Assembly: GCA_903904885.1 (NCBI GenBank)
Contig: CAIVED010000044.1
Coordinates: 5,579 to 69,578 of the forward strand
Reading direction: 5' to 3'
DNA: 64,000 nt
DNA from: an uncultured archaeon
GTDB lineage: Archaea; Nanobdellota; Nanobdellia; Woesearchaeales; CAIVOO01
The notes beneath the pieces are model-generated. The model did not search any database. It was not told where the DNA came from and saw nothing but the letters and a program-made list of their open reading frames with translations. Shown one piece after another: positions 25,648 through 35,397 of this stretch (position 1 is its first letter; the number at the start of each line of letters is the position of its first letter). The translations under genes and the position numbers were made by a program.

Positions 25648-27804
25648 TTAACTCTCCTTCCCATCAGTTTTAACTTCCTTAGGGTATATAAATTTATAAT
25701 CTTCAGGGATTTGACTCACAAATGCTGATTCATTACCATTTTCCGACATTAAGAATAGCTTTTTTTTGGCACGTGTCATGGCAACATAAAACAGTCTTCT
25801 TTCTTCCTCTTCTTTGTCCTCCACAGGTATCTCCATAATTACTCTCTTTATTTCCTTGTCAGCGTAAATATTTGGAAAACCATACATGCCACTTTTTAGT
25901 CCTAATACAAAAACATATCTTGATTCTGTACCTTTAGACCAGTGGATAGTTCTTATAGGAATCTTGAAATCCATTTTTGCAAAAGTTTTTCTATACGGTA
26001 AAGTAATTCTTGAGCTTCTAGCAAGTATTAGAAAATCAGATTGCTTTAGATCTGGGTTTTCTGTCATTAACTTTCTAATTTTACGAACAACATATTCTGC
26101 AGCCTGGAAATCATTCTTTGCATTTATCTGCATTACCTTTGACCTATCTGGCTCATTCTCCTGGCTACATCTTATGTTTTTCTTATGAATCTTTTTACTC
26201 AAATGAATAAAATAACTTGAAGCATCAACAATGTTCTTAGTTGATCTATAGTTTATAGGTAAAACTATTTTTTCACAATTACTAAAATCTCTTTCAAAAT
26301 TGAGTATATAATCAACATCAGAACCTCTCCATCCATAAATGCTTTGCCAATCATCGCCAACAACAAAAAGAGAAGTATTATCATCAATTAACAACTTTAA
26401 TAATTCCACTTCTCCATAGCTAACATCTTGGTATTCATCAACTAAAAGATATTTTATCTTATTCTTATAATATTCTCTTCGGGAAGGATTGTTTTTTAAT
26501 AAATTTACTGCATCTTTAATTAAATCATTGAAGTCTTTTTTCCCGAAGTCTTTAGACTCAAGATATTCCTCATATTTTGCCATAACAGGAATCAAAACAT
26601 TGTAAAACCATACAACTTTTTCTTTTACTTCGCTCTTAAGTCTGATCTTTACATCATTAATTTCAAGCAATCTTGATTTAATTAGATTGATGATTTCTAT
26701 TAATTCTTCAATAAATTTTTCATATGCTTTTTTATACTCTTTTGGTAAATTGAACATATCCAGAAAATTTTCTTCTTTTAGTTTATTTTCATTTAAACCT
26801 TCAAATTCATTTCGTAGTCTGGTCTGAAGCTTTTGTAAATCAAACATTTCATTTTCTTCTATGGCGATAAGATTCTTATGATGTTTTTTGTATTGCTCTT
26901 CTTTGTCTTTACGTATTTTAAGATAATCTGCTTTGTTTATATCATTGAATTCTTGTGTTTGATCATTAATCCCCCAGTGTTCAAGGTAAATATCTTCATT
27001 TATTGTAAAGTCAGGTTTAAATGGAAAATCTGCCCAAGTCACTGGTTGTTCATATTTCCATCTAACACCCATGAACGTTAAAAAATTAGCAATATCTCTC
27101 TCAGATTTTGACCTTACTGGCACGCCTTCCTTAGTTAGATATCTTTTTTGTCCAAATGTGCTTTTCTCATTTATCTCAATTTTCTCTCTCCAGTTTTCAG
27201 AATCTAAAACTTTCTCTAGAGAATTATTTATAATGTAAAGATACATACTTTCCATAATCTCTTCATTCTCGCTAAAACTAGCAACTATCTTTTCAATTAT
27301 TTCCCTTTGTTTGTTATCATCTACAATATCAAATTGTTCGTTCTGTTTTAGGATTGACAAACAAAAAGAATGAAATGTCCTTACATTTTTTTTAAGATTT
27401 ACTTCTGAAATATTGATTGCCGGAGCAATACGCTCAGCCATCTCTTTTGCAGCCTCACGTGTGAAAGTAACTGCAAGTATATCATCTTTGCTTACCCCTT
27501 TATTTCTGACTAGATGTATGAATCGCTTGGTTAATACTTTAGTTTTGCCACTGCCTGCCCCAGCGAGAACTAAAATTCTTTTATGGTCAGAAATTACTGC
27601 ACGCTTTTGTTCAAAGTTGTCTCCAAAATCCTTTAAAAATTCGGAGTACTTCTCAATTTCCTCCGTTTCTTTTTCTATTTGACTTTTTAGTTTTGGCTTT
27701 GTAGAACTATTGTTGGGGGTTGTTTTAGGATGTGATTTGTTTATCTCTTTTTTCTTTTTTACTAAATCACTAAAAAATTTAACTACCTTCCTGAACTGAT
27801 CCAT
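25648..27804 (-). CDS. UvrD/Rep/PcrA-family SF1 DNA helicase with an internal restriction-endonuclease-like (DUF559/Vsr-like) module.
   Basis: Motif I LVLAGAGSGKT, Ia VTFTREAA, II LLVDEYQD, III VVGDDWQSIYGWRG, IV NYRS, VI VAMTRAKKKL. Between Ia and II: ERDIANFLTFMGVRWKYEQPVTWADFPFKPDFTINEDIYLEHWG. Confidence 0.75.
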   Translation of the reverse strand: MDQFRKVVKFFSDLVKKKKEINKSHPKTTPNNSSTKPKLKSQIEKETEEIEKYSEFLKDFGDNFEQKRAVISDHKRILVLAGAGSGKTKVLTKRFIHLVRNKGVSKDDILAVTFTREAAKEMAERIAPAINISEVNLKKNVRTFHSFCLSILKQNEQFDIVDDNKQREIIEKIVASFSENEEIMESMYLYIINNSLEKVLDSENWREKIEINEKSTFGQKRYLTKEGVPVRSKSERDIANFLTFMGVRWKYEQPVTWADFPFKPDFTINEDIYLEHWGINDQTQEFNDINKADYLKIRKDKEEQYKKHHKNLIAIEENEMFDLQKLQTRLRNEFEGLNENKLKEENFLDMFNLPKEYKKAYEKFIEELIEIINLIKSRLLEINDVKIRLKSEVKEKVVWFYNVLIPVMAKYEEYLESKDFGKKDFNDLIKDAVNLLKNNPSRREYYKNKIKYLLVDEYQDVSYGEVELLKLLIDDNTSLFVVGDDWQSIYGWRGSDVDYILNFERDFSNCEKIVLPINYRSTKNIVDASSYFIHLSKKIHKKNIRCSQENEPDRSKVMQINAKNDFQAAEYVVRKIRKLMTENPDLKQSDFLILARSSRITLPYRKTFAKMDFKIPIRTIHWSKGTESRYVFVLGLKSGMYGFPNIYADKEIKRVIMEIPVEDKEEEERRLFYVAMTRAKKKLFLMSENGNESAFVSQIPEDYKFIYPKEVKTDGKES

Positions 27805-27825
27805 TTATTTCCCTCCAAAATAATA

Positions 27826-28095
27826 AGCGGCGAGCCCTGCGAATCCGAATAAGCCGCAACTTAACAGTTACCTCCGGCTTTCCTCGATTCCGCGACCCTG
27901 CAAGCATTGCAAACTGCAGTTAAGGCTGCTGCATTCCTGCCCTGACCTGATTCCCACAACCGCAATCCTGCAGGACAGAATGTCACTGTACAGCCAAAGA
28001 CTGGTAAGCCGCAACCTACCCTCGTCCGCAGTATAGCTTCACTTAAAGCCCGTTAGTGATTACAGCGTAGGGCTGGCACGCCAGCATAGCCCGCC
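27826..28095 (-). ncRNA. ffs: Signal recognition particle RNA (7S/SRP RNA).
   Basis: Minus strand contains AUCAGGUCAGGGCAGGAAUGCAGCAGCC, matching the universally conserved domain IV/helix 8 (cf. 4.5S CAGGUCAGGUCCGGAAGGAAGCAGCC). 5' GGCGGGC pairs with 3' GCUCGCC. TATA at 28118-28125 on the minus strand ~25 nt upstream. T-rich 3' flank. Confidence 0.6.
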
Positions 28096-28118
28096 ATGGA
28101 GAAACCAGCGATAGTGGT

Positions 28119-28889
28119 TTATAAATGTTTCTCCAGCAGTTTTGCCATACGCCAGGCATAGTAGAATGTGTGGAACTGGTTAAGAGATGTGCCCCTTTTT
28201 ATGTAAACAAGGTCTCCCTTTTGCCAGGCCGTTCCTTCCTGTAGCGCAAAAGCAAGGAATTCCGGGTCTTCAGATTTTGCCAGTTTTGTTATGTCATATC
28301 CCTGCCAGTTTTTTTCAATTCCGTGCTCGCTAACAAACATGTCAAGCCGCTCATTCCTTGGCCTTCCCCTGGGCCTTGGTTCATGATCTTCGTTCGGAAT
28401 ATCTTCATCTTCCTGAATTCCAATTATACCCTCCAGACTTTCAACCTCCTCAACCAGGGAGGGAGGAATGCCTGCAGGAGGCTCTTCTGCCGGTCCAGGC
28501 GGAAGCTGTGTCTTGATGGTAGAATCATATAAAACTGCAATCCCACCAACCTGCCCAGGTTCAACAAGCAATTTGCTATCTCGCTGTTTGACATAGGGCA
28601 GGCCTTTCAGCTTTTCCGAAAGCCCTGGTGTTCCAGCTGCCATTTCAGTAATGTCATAAAAACCCTTGTACCCTTGCAGAACAAAAGGGCCTAGTTTGAC
28701 AGGGTATATTCCGTTTTGCGCAGAACGCAGACGCTCGACAATTTCCGGCTGGAGAGTATATAAACTGTTCATCGACTTGGTTCCGTTTAGAACAAGAAGT
28801 GCTATATTTTCAGGGAGGCTAAACAATTCGCATATCCTTGCCAAAGACAATACACTTCCAGTAACTTTGTCATCACCGATAACTACCAC
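28119..28889 (-). CDS. Hypothetical protein with a central Pro/Glu-rich linker and an AT-hook-like PRPRGRPRN motif.
   Basis: Track ORF 256 aa. Confidence 0.4.
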   Translation of the reverse strand: MVVIGDDKVTGSVLSLARICELFSLPENIALLVLNGTKSMNSLYTLQPEIVERLRSAQNGIYPVKLGPFVLQGYKGFYDITEMAAGTPGLSEKLKGLPYVKQRDSKLLVEPGQVGGIAVLYDSTIKTQLPPGPAEEPPAGIPPSLVEEVESLEGIIGIQEDEDIPNEDHEPRPRGRPRNERLDMFVSEHGIEKNWQGYDITKLAKSEDPEFLAFALQEGTAWQKGDLVYIKRGTSLNQFHTFYYAWRMAKLLEKHL

Positions 28890-28937
28890 CCAAAAATAGA
28901 AAAATCTGGGTATTTATATCCTTTTTGTTTAATTAAT

Positions 28938-29840
28938 CTATACTAAATGCTGTACCAGCAGGACTATCAAGTACCCCGCAAAGCACCCAATTGACAGGAA
29001 GGGCATAGCAGGGTAGAACTTGTCCTTTTCAGCCTTCATAAACAGAAGGTATAATGCTATTGTAGCGCAAACTGTAACTATCAGCGAAATTAAAAAGCCA
29101 TTGGCCATGCCAAGGCTTCTAATCATGCTGTTCATCACAATTCCTGTGAATATCAGCGGGAATCCGATGTCCCCTCCTCCCAAAATCGCGGTCCTTACCT
29201 TTCTGGGAACAATCTTCTCGCCTTTTTTCGGCGCAGGAAGCCGCTTGTAGGGAATAAAAAGCCCTGCAAAAACCTGGCTCTTTGTCTGGAACTTTGCCAG
29301 CTTAATCATGTGCTTGCTTTTCCAGACTGCGTACATGTCATAGGCAGATATCAAAAGCAGCAGAACTACCCCAGATGTTATGTTCATTATGGGGACAAAA
29401 ATAACAGCAATCCCGCCGTAAATGAAAACCTCTGTCAGGTTGTGCACAAACAGGTTCGGCTTGTACACCTTCCAGATTGCAAGCCCAATGGCAAGGCCAA
29501 GCGCGATATACTCATTTTTCAGGAAGGCATAGAGCGAGAAGCTCAGCGTAACCACGACGCTCAGCAGGAACCAGGTCTTCCAAACCCTTTTTTGCTTGAA
29601 GAACATCAGTATGAAAACAATGGCTGTGCCTGCGATTATTGCGGCAAAAATCCAGATAAACGAGGACGTTGGCTCAACCTCAGGTCTTGAGATGTTGCCC
29701 ATCAATGGAGTGTAGGAAACATTTCCCGTCTGGTTAAAGGCGTTGAAATCAATGGAGCGCCTTACAGCCTCCAGCCCCACAACCTGGGCAGCGAAGAACA
29801 GTACAATAAGAAACAGTGTTATCTTGAAAGTGTGCTTCAT
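28938..29840 (-). CDS. Presenilin/signal-peptide-peptidase-like intramembrane aspartyl protease (A22 family homolog).
   Basis: Polytopic. YD motif in a TM (LLLISAYDMYAVW). GxGD motif (AILGGGDIGFPLIF). PAL-like motif (YPAMPFLSIG) near the C-terminus. Confidence 0.5.
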   Translation of the reverse strand: MKHTFKITLFLIVLFFAAQVVGLEAVRRSIDFNAFNQTGNVSYTPLMGNISRPEVEPTSSFIWIFAAIIAGTAIVFILMFFKQKRVWKTWFLLSVVVTLSFSLYAFLKNEYIALGLAIGLAIWKVYKPNLFVHNLTEVFIYGGIAVIFVPIMNITSGVVLLLLISAYDMYAVWKSKHMIKLAKFQTKSQVFAGLFIPYKRLPAPKKGEKIVPRKVRTAILGGGDIGFPLIFTGIVMNSMIRSLGMANGFLISLIVTVCATIALYLLFMKAEKDKFYPAMPFLSIGCFAGYLIVLLVQHLV

Positions 29841-29867
29841 TGCAAAAAGAAATTATTCTGGGTGTTT

Positions 29868-30425
29868 TTAAGTGTTTTGGTTGGCAGAAATTTGCTCTGC
29901 AGTTTTTTCGCTTTTCAGGATATGCAAATTTTTCTGCGTTAATCTTCCAAATGCCTTATTGCAGACTCTTGTCCCGTTGCCATTCAGGCGCTCCCCAAGA
30001 TAATTGCATCCAAGCTGCGGCAAGTTGCAGCATGGAATCTCTGCAACCCCTGTTTTTTTCGCAGGCAATATGAACACGTTTGGGACTACTCTGCAAAAAT
30101 TCCCTGAAATTATGTCAGCAAGGTCATGGCAGTCGTTCCATTTTTCTATCCTTCGGGCTGCTTCTTCTGGGGGCATGCCCGCCAGCCGCTGCCCCATCGC
30201 AATAAAAAGCTGGGCATCTTCTCTCCCCTGCCTGTCCGCACGTTCAAGCACCGGAAGAAGAATGTTTTTTATCTCTCGGAACCACGGGCCATACTCATTT
30301 TCAAACCATTGCTGAGCAGTTCCCCTGTAATTTTCAAGCTCATATAGAATTCCCTCTGAGAGCAGTTCGCCTGCATAAGCCGGAGCATAGAAATAATTGT
30401 AATTCACTCCGAATAGCTGGGCCAT
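29868..30425 (-). CDS. Hypothetical protein. GC-richer gene with a Cys-rich C-terminal region.
   Basis: Track ORF 185 aa. Confidence 0.35.
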   Translation of the reverse strand: MAQLFGVNYNYFYAPAYAGELLSEGILYELENYRGTAQQWFENEYGPWFREIKNILLPVLERADRQGREDAQLFIAMGQRLAGMPPEEAARRIEKWNDCHDLADIISGNFCRVVPNVFILPAKKTGVAEIPCCNLPQLGCNYLGERLNGNGTRVCNKAFGRLTQKNLHILKSEKTAEQISANQNT

Positions 30426-30503
30426 TATGAAATTAGTAGTAATTGATTGCGTATTCTTAAACCTTTTGCTTAAATTTTTAAAATCCGGTGTTTTTGCGTT
30501 CCC

Positions 30504-30953
30504 ATGAAACTGCTGAACAATGCTCTACTGTCTGCATTTGTGAAAGAGGGAGAAGATGAATCTAAGATAATGGAGAAGCTGAAATCATTTTTCCCCCTTG
30601 ATCTTGAGCCGGAAAAATTAGCAGTAAAACGGACAGTTGCAGACGGATTTAATGAGACAAGGATAATAATCCTTGAGATTGAAATTGAGAAGGAAAAGCA
30701 CACAAATGCGTTTTTGAAGAGGCTGGTCGAGATTTTGGGAAACCAGCAGAAAGAGCTGGTACTGAGGCAGGCGGAATCAAGGCTGGATGAGGAATTCTAT
30801 TTCTTCCTGAGATTTGACAAGGACAAACTGCTGAATGAAAACAGGTACTGGCTGACAGACAGCGGCAGCTGCTTCCATGTGAAGATGAATGTCGCATGCT
30901 TTCCGAGAAAAAGGGAAGAGGCGCTTAAAACCATACAGAAGATTTTTAAATAA
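30504..30953 (+). CDS. Hypothetical 149-aa protein. Possibly a UPF0201-type small RNA-binding protein (weak).
   Basis: Track ORF, immediately upstream of the aaRS gene. The assignment is by size and context only. Confidence 0.25.
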   Translation: MKLLNNALLSAFVKEGEDESKIMEKLKSFFPLDLEPEKLAVKRTVADGFNETRIIILEIEIEKEKHTNAFLKRLVEILGNQQKELVLRQAESRLDEEFYFFLRFDKDKLLNENRYWLTDSGSCFHVKMNVACFPRKREEALKTIQKIFK

Positions 30954-30972
30954 CTAATTTCTCCGTACTGCC

Positions 30973-32061
30973 ATGCAAACCATAGACCCCTGGGGAAGCG
31001 AGCTGTCAGAGGATTACGGCAAGATAGTCCAGCAGTTCGGATTAGAAGAATTTGACCCTAAATTATTCCCCAAACCAAACAGAATCATGCGCAGGGGCGT
31101 TGTTTTTGCAGGCAGGGATTTAAAGCCAATTGCCGACGCAATAAAAAAGAAGGAAAAGTTCTATGTTTTAACTGGCATAATGCCAACAGCTGACCGCGTT
31201 CATTTCGGGACAAAGATGGTTATAGAGAATGTGCGCTATTTCCAGGAGATGGGAGCCCAGGCATACGTGCTTATTGCAGATTTGGAGGCGGCTGCCACCA
31301 GGGGCGTTTCCCTTGAAGAGGCCAGAAAAAGGGCGCTGGATTTTCACATTCCTGCGTATCTTGCACTGGGGCTGGACCCGAAAAAGACAGTATTCTATTT
31401 CCAGTCTGAAAATAAAAAAGTGATGCATCTCGCTTTTGAGTTTGCAAAGAAAATAACACTTAATGAGTTCAAGGCGATTTATGGCATTGCCGACCCAGGC
31501 AGGATTATGAGCGCTGTTACCCAGGCAGGGGATATGCTGTTTCCTCAACTTGAGTCTAGGATGCCGGGGATTATTCCTGTTGGCATAGACCAGGACCCCC
31601 ACATAAGGCTGTGCAGGGACATAATTGCAAGGACAAAATCAAAATACAATTTCACCCCGATTTCATCAATATACCACAAATTCACACCTTCCCTTGACGG
31701 GGAGATGAAGATGTCAAAGTCCAAGCCGGAATCGATGATAGAATTGCCTGAGGATATTAAATCTGTATTGAAGAAGATGAAAAATGCAGTGACCGGGGGG
31801 CGCGAATCGCTAGAGCTGCAGAAAAAGCTCGGCGGAGAGCCCGAGAAATGCATGATTTTCGAGATGTACAAGCAGCATCTGATTGAGGATGACAAAATAC
31901 TGGACGCGGTTTACAAGGACTGCAGGGCTGGAACCTTGCTATGCGGCCAGAACAAGCAAAACGCCTGCGCCTACATGGAATCCTTCATGGACAATTTTGT
32001 CTCCCAGCTTGAGGTAGCAAGGAAGAAAGTTGACAAGCTTAAGTTTATTGAATTTAAATAA
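30973..32061 (+). CDS. trpS: Class Ic aminoacyl-tRNA synthetase of the archaeal/eukaryotic TrpRS/TyrRS type, most likely tryptophanyl-tRNA synthetase.
   Basis: GIDQDPHIRLCRDIA (TrpRS-like GxDQDPYFR), KMSKSKP. The HIGH region is degenerate (DRVHFGT). Confidence 0.55.
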   Translation: MQTIDPWGSELSEDYGKIVQQFGLEEFDPKLFPKPNRIMRRGVVFAGRDLKPIADAIKKKEKFYVLTGIMPTADRVHFGTKMVIENVRYFQEMGAQAYVLIADLEAAATRGVSLEEARKRALDFHIPAYLALGLDPKKTVFYFQSENKKVMHLAFEFAKKITLNEFKAIYGIADPGRIMSAVTQAGDMLFPQLESRMPGIIPVGIDQDPHIRLCRDIIARTKSKYNFTPISSIYHKFTPSLDGEMKMSKSKPESMIELPEDIKSVLKKMKNAVTGGRESLELQKKLGGEPEKCMIFEMYKQHLIEDDKILDAVYKDCRAGTLLCGQNKQNACAYMESFMDNFVSQLEVARKKVDKLKFIEFK

Positions 32062-32084
32062 AAGAAATAAAAAATAATTAAAAA

Positions 32085-32723
32085 TTATTTGGAGCAGTCA
32101 GTTGGACAGCTGTTTTTGTTTTCTCCTGGTTTGCTGCATATCCCATCTCCACAAAAGCATTCGGTTGGACAATTTATTACCGTATCCTTTCCGTCACATA
32201 TCCCGTTTCCGCAATCAGGTGAGCAATCAGCACATCCTTTTTCTTTTTCTCCAGGTTCGCAAACGTTGTTTCCGCATGTTTTTGCCAAACAGTCACTCGG
32301 GCATGTTGTTGGGTTTTCTCCTGAATCGCATTTTCCATTTCCGCAGCCAACCTCATATCCTGCAACTGCATTTTGAAGAAGCAACTTATCTAATGAGTCT
32401 ACCTTATTGTCATTATTCATTTCCAAAACAATGCTGCAGTTGAGATCCACAATAGGACCAGTCTGAGAAGGTCCGTGACCCAAAGCATAACAGTGTGCAC
32501 TGTTCGCTCCTGCAACCACAAGATTCATTGTTGATATGTCTCCTGGCGCAGGGGATCCATCTCCGTCTGCGTCACCTCTATAGTAAGAGTAACTCACTCC
32601 GTCTGCTGCCTTGGTCATATCAGGACCGGTCATGAATGCCTTTCCTGTTGGTGTCGTGCATGCTGTCAAAACCATTATTGCTGCCAGAAGCAGCGTTCCA
32701 ATAATTAAGTTTTGTGTTTTCAT
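32085..32723 (-). CDS. Secreted Cys-rich lipoprotein with a dockerin-like Ca-binding motif and CGNGxC..CP.DC repeats.
   Basis: Lipobox LTAC. DADGDGSPAPGDIS. Four or more repeats of CGNGKCDSGENPTTCPSDC / CGNGICDGKDTVINCPTEC type. Confidence 0.5.
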   Translation of the reverse strand: MKTQNLIIGTLLLAAIMVLTACTTPTGKAFMTGPDMTKAADGVSYSYYRGDADGDGSPAPGDISTMNLVVAGANSAHCYALGHGPSQTGPIVDLNCSIVLEMNNDNKVDSLDKLLLQNAVAGYEVGCGNGKCDSGENPTTCPSDCLAKTCGNNVCEPGEKEKGCADCSPDCGNGICDGKDTVINCPTECFCGDGICSKPGENKNSCPTDCSK

Positions 32724-32837
32724 CTAAGTGGGGAAGCGCAGGTTATTTATAAAATATGCTGTTGCCTTAATTACAGGAGCATTACCGCAACCTTTAAAAA
32801 ATACGTTTGATTAATATGTCCAAAAGAGGTGAATTAT

Positions 32838-33041
32838 ATGAAAAAAATAGCTCCATTATCGGGAAGTTTCATGCTTACTTCTATGCTCGGGTTTGCGATT
32901 TCCTGGGTATGGGTTTACCCGCAGTCAATAAGTTTCGGGATAGCATTCCTGATAGTATTCGGCGCCATGTTTATAGCTTCAATAATATCAATGACCCACG
33001 CCCCTGCGGAAGACATCATTAACCTTGAGAAGGTTAGGTGA
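32838..33041 (+). CDS. Small two-TM membrane protein.
   Basis: The track start 32829 is GTG; the ATG at 32838 follows GAGGTGA. Confidence 0.35.
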   Translation: MKKIAPLSGSFMLTSMLGFAISWVWVYPQSISFGIAFLIVFGAMFIASIISMTHAPAEDIINLEKVR

Positions 33042-33116
33042 TTTTTTTATTTTTATTTAAAAACATTATAATTCTATATACTAAACCTATAAAAATCTGG
33101 CTGCCATAACAATGCC

Positions 33117-33419
33117 ATGCCATTCTCAAAAGCATTCCCAAAAAGAAGCGATAAGGCAGCCTACCCCACATGGGAGGATGTCGAGCTTAGCTCTGCAGAG
33201 GAGATGCTCGTTGAAGAAAAGGCCAGGCTGGAAAACATCCAGCTCATGAACGCCTGCATAGAGGACGCGAAAAAGATAATTGAGGAAAAGGCGCTTAATA
33301 GGTACCAGTCAGACATGGTCCATATCGCAATCGCTTTATTCGAGAAAAGGGCGTCGCATTCTATTTATCACAAGGAAAGAAAAGCAAGAGAGAAGTTTGA
33401 TTCAAATAAATTATCTTAG
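33117..33419 (+). CDS. Hypothetical 100-aa helical protein.
   Basis: Track ORF. Confidence 0.3.
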   Translation: MPFSKAFPKRSDKAAYPTWEDVELSSAEEMLVEEKARLENIQLMNACIEDAKKIIEEKALNRYQSDMVHIAIALFEKRASHSIYHKERKAREKFDSNKLS

Positions 33420-33989
33420 CATCAACTGGGCATAGTCAGCCTGCCAGACCAGGACCTTCCCGCCTTCAATTACCTCAATAGGGCAAAATCCAATCCGGCC
33501 GTAATTTTCAAGATGTGTGTTGTCTCTCAATAATGTTTTCATCAAGATTTTTTTTGGGGGGTTCTGGCCTCTCAATCTTTTAAGGTCTTCCATAAATCGG
33601 TGCATAAGAAGAATGTCCACACTGCCTGTACGATCATCGGTTAACAGTTGGTCAATGCATGCATGGTCTCTTTCTTCTGGCTTTCTAATGCTGAAAAGCA
33701 TATGCCCCAATGGGGTGAAACTCGGCACTACTATTTTTCCCTTTTCATCCCGGTTGGTTTCGTAAGCTAGAAGCCCATGCATCTTTTTTTCAAGTACTCT
33801 GGTAAGATAGTGATCTGCAAGCTCCTGGCTAGCCATTTCCGGGTCTATGCGCCCCTGTTGTTTTCTTTTTTGAATCTCATGAGATGCTATCTGCATTAAA
33901 TAGTTTGCAACTGACCCCTTATATGAGGCTATTTCCACTGCAGGGGATGTTGCCTTTATTCTGGATATTTCAAATGCCATAGAAACCAA
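33411..33989 (-). CDS. Hypothetical 192-aa protein immediately downstream of the HerA-like ATPase.
   Basis: Track ORF. Same strand, 50-nt gap from the ATPase. Confidence 0.35.
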   Translation of the reverse strand: MVSMAFEISRIKATSPAVEIASYKGSVANYLMQIASHEIQKRKQQGRIDPEMASQELADHYLTRVLEKKMHGLLAYETNRDEKGKIVVPSFTPLGHMLFSIRKPEERDHACIDQLLTDDRTGSVDILLMHRFMEDLKRLRGQNPPKKILMKTLLRDNTHLENYGRIGFCPIEVIEGGKVLVWQADYAQLMLR

Positions 33990-34039
33990 AATAAATATCT
34001 CATTTATAAACCTTTCGATTATTGACTACTCGTAAATAG

Positions 34040-35356
34040 TTAAAACAGCTCTTTCTCTTCCCTGATTGCAACAGGAGAGCCCCCTCCGTGCCAGGTCAGC
34101 CTTGGGCGCATCCTCATGGGGTACATCTTCTCATTTGTGTCATCGAAGATTATTGCAGAACCCTTCAAATCAGGCAGGTTGTCAAGCATTGTTGTCAGAC
34201 CTTCCCTCATGTAGGACTGCATCAACTGGCCTAAAGCATCAACATCAATCTTTGCGGTAATCCTGTGGGCTATTACTGTATCTGCCTGGGTCATTACATC
34301 GGTGTGTATCTTCCCCGGCTGCTGTGACGCAAGTATCAGCGAAATCCCCGGCTGCCTCCCCTCCCTCAGGATTGTCACAAGCGGCGTTGTGGCAACTGTT
34401 TTTCCGACGCTCGGCAAAAATTCGTGGGCTTCGTCAATCACAAGCCATACCAGCGGAAGCTCTGATTTTTTCTTGGCCTCCTCTGTGAAATAATGGGTTG
34501 ATGCCTTGACCTCTGCGAATTCCTCGAATTTCCTCGCAATCATCCTTTCAACAAAAAGCTTTTTTGCAATCAGGCCTATGGCCAGGGCCTTTATCTCCCA
34601 GCCTCCCGGCATTGTCGCGTAGCAGCTTACGTCAAGAACAGTGACCTGGCCGCCCTTTGCAAGCGTGTCCATCTTTGTTCCCTTCTCATCAAATATGCCC
34701 CAGGTTTCTGCATTAAGAAAATGGTTTTCAGCGATGTTCTTTACATGGTCGTCAAATTTCGGCTCCTTCTCAATCGCTTCAACTATGTTCTGGATTGAAT
34801 AGCTTTGTTTTTTCTCCTGAAGGCTGAAAATAACCCTCTCAATCAGCACGCCGACTTCCTCTGTCCTTGAAACCCCGAAGGTGCTCAGCCAGTCGTCGGA
34901 ATCAAGCTCGCTTGGGTTTATGGCAAACGGTGAATCCGTAGGGATTCCCTTGTCCTTGTAATCCTTGTAGTAGCCCACTGGAGTGAAAATATTGACATTC
35001 AGGCCCCTTGGCTTCATTTTCCACTGCTCCAGAAGCTCGGCCTCCTGCAGGTTTGGGTATTTCATTGTCCAGTAAATTCCCATGGTGTCAAGAATAATAA
35101 CCGCAATGTTTTCTGAAACCTCCTTAGGCAGGTCAGAAACCCCCTCGGCTATGATCCCCATTGAGTATGACTTTCCTGAGCCTCTCTTGCCCACAATAAA
35201 AACAACGTGGGACCTGGAAACATCCATGTAAATGTTGTTTGAAAGCGAGGTTACCTGGCCCATTTTTACATAATGCTTGCCAAGAAAAACAATGCCCTTT
35301 TCGCCGAACTTTTTTCTGTCCTCTTCGTCTCTTCCTATAATTATGTCATAAGGCAT
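34040..35356 (-). CDS. HerA/FtsK-superfamily (DUF87-like) P-loop ATPase.
   Basis: Walker A VFIVGKRGSGKSYS. Walker B/DEAH-like LVWLVIDEAHEF. C-terminal LREGRQPGISLILASQQPGKI...VIAHRI pattern typical of HerA. Confidence 0.55.
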   Translation of the reverse strand: MPYDIIIGRDEEDRKKFGEKGIVFLGKHYVKMGQVTSLSNNIYMDVSRSHVVFIVGKRGSGKSYSMGIIAEGVSDLPKEVSENIAVIILDTMGIYWTMKYPNLQEAELLEQWKMKPRGLNVNIFTPVGYYKDYKDKGIPTDSPFAINPSELDSDDWLSTFGVSRTEEVGVLIERVIFSLQEKKQSYSIQNIVEAIEKEPKFDDHVKNIAENHFLNAETWGIFDEKGTKMDTLAKGGQVTVLDVSCYATMPGGWEIKALAIGLIAKKLFVERMIARKFEEFAEVKASTHYFTEEAKKKSELPLVWLVIDEAHEFLPSVGKTVATTPLVTILREGRQPGISLILASQQPGKIHTDVMTQADTVIAHRITAKIDVDALGQLMQSYMREGLTTMLDNLPDLKGSAIIFDDTNEKMYPMRMRPRLTWHGGGSPVAIREEKELF

Positions 35357-35397
35357 GCAATAAATTTATATATGACCCTTTAAATAATTTACCCTAA

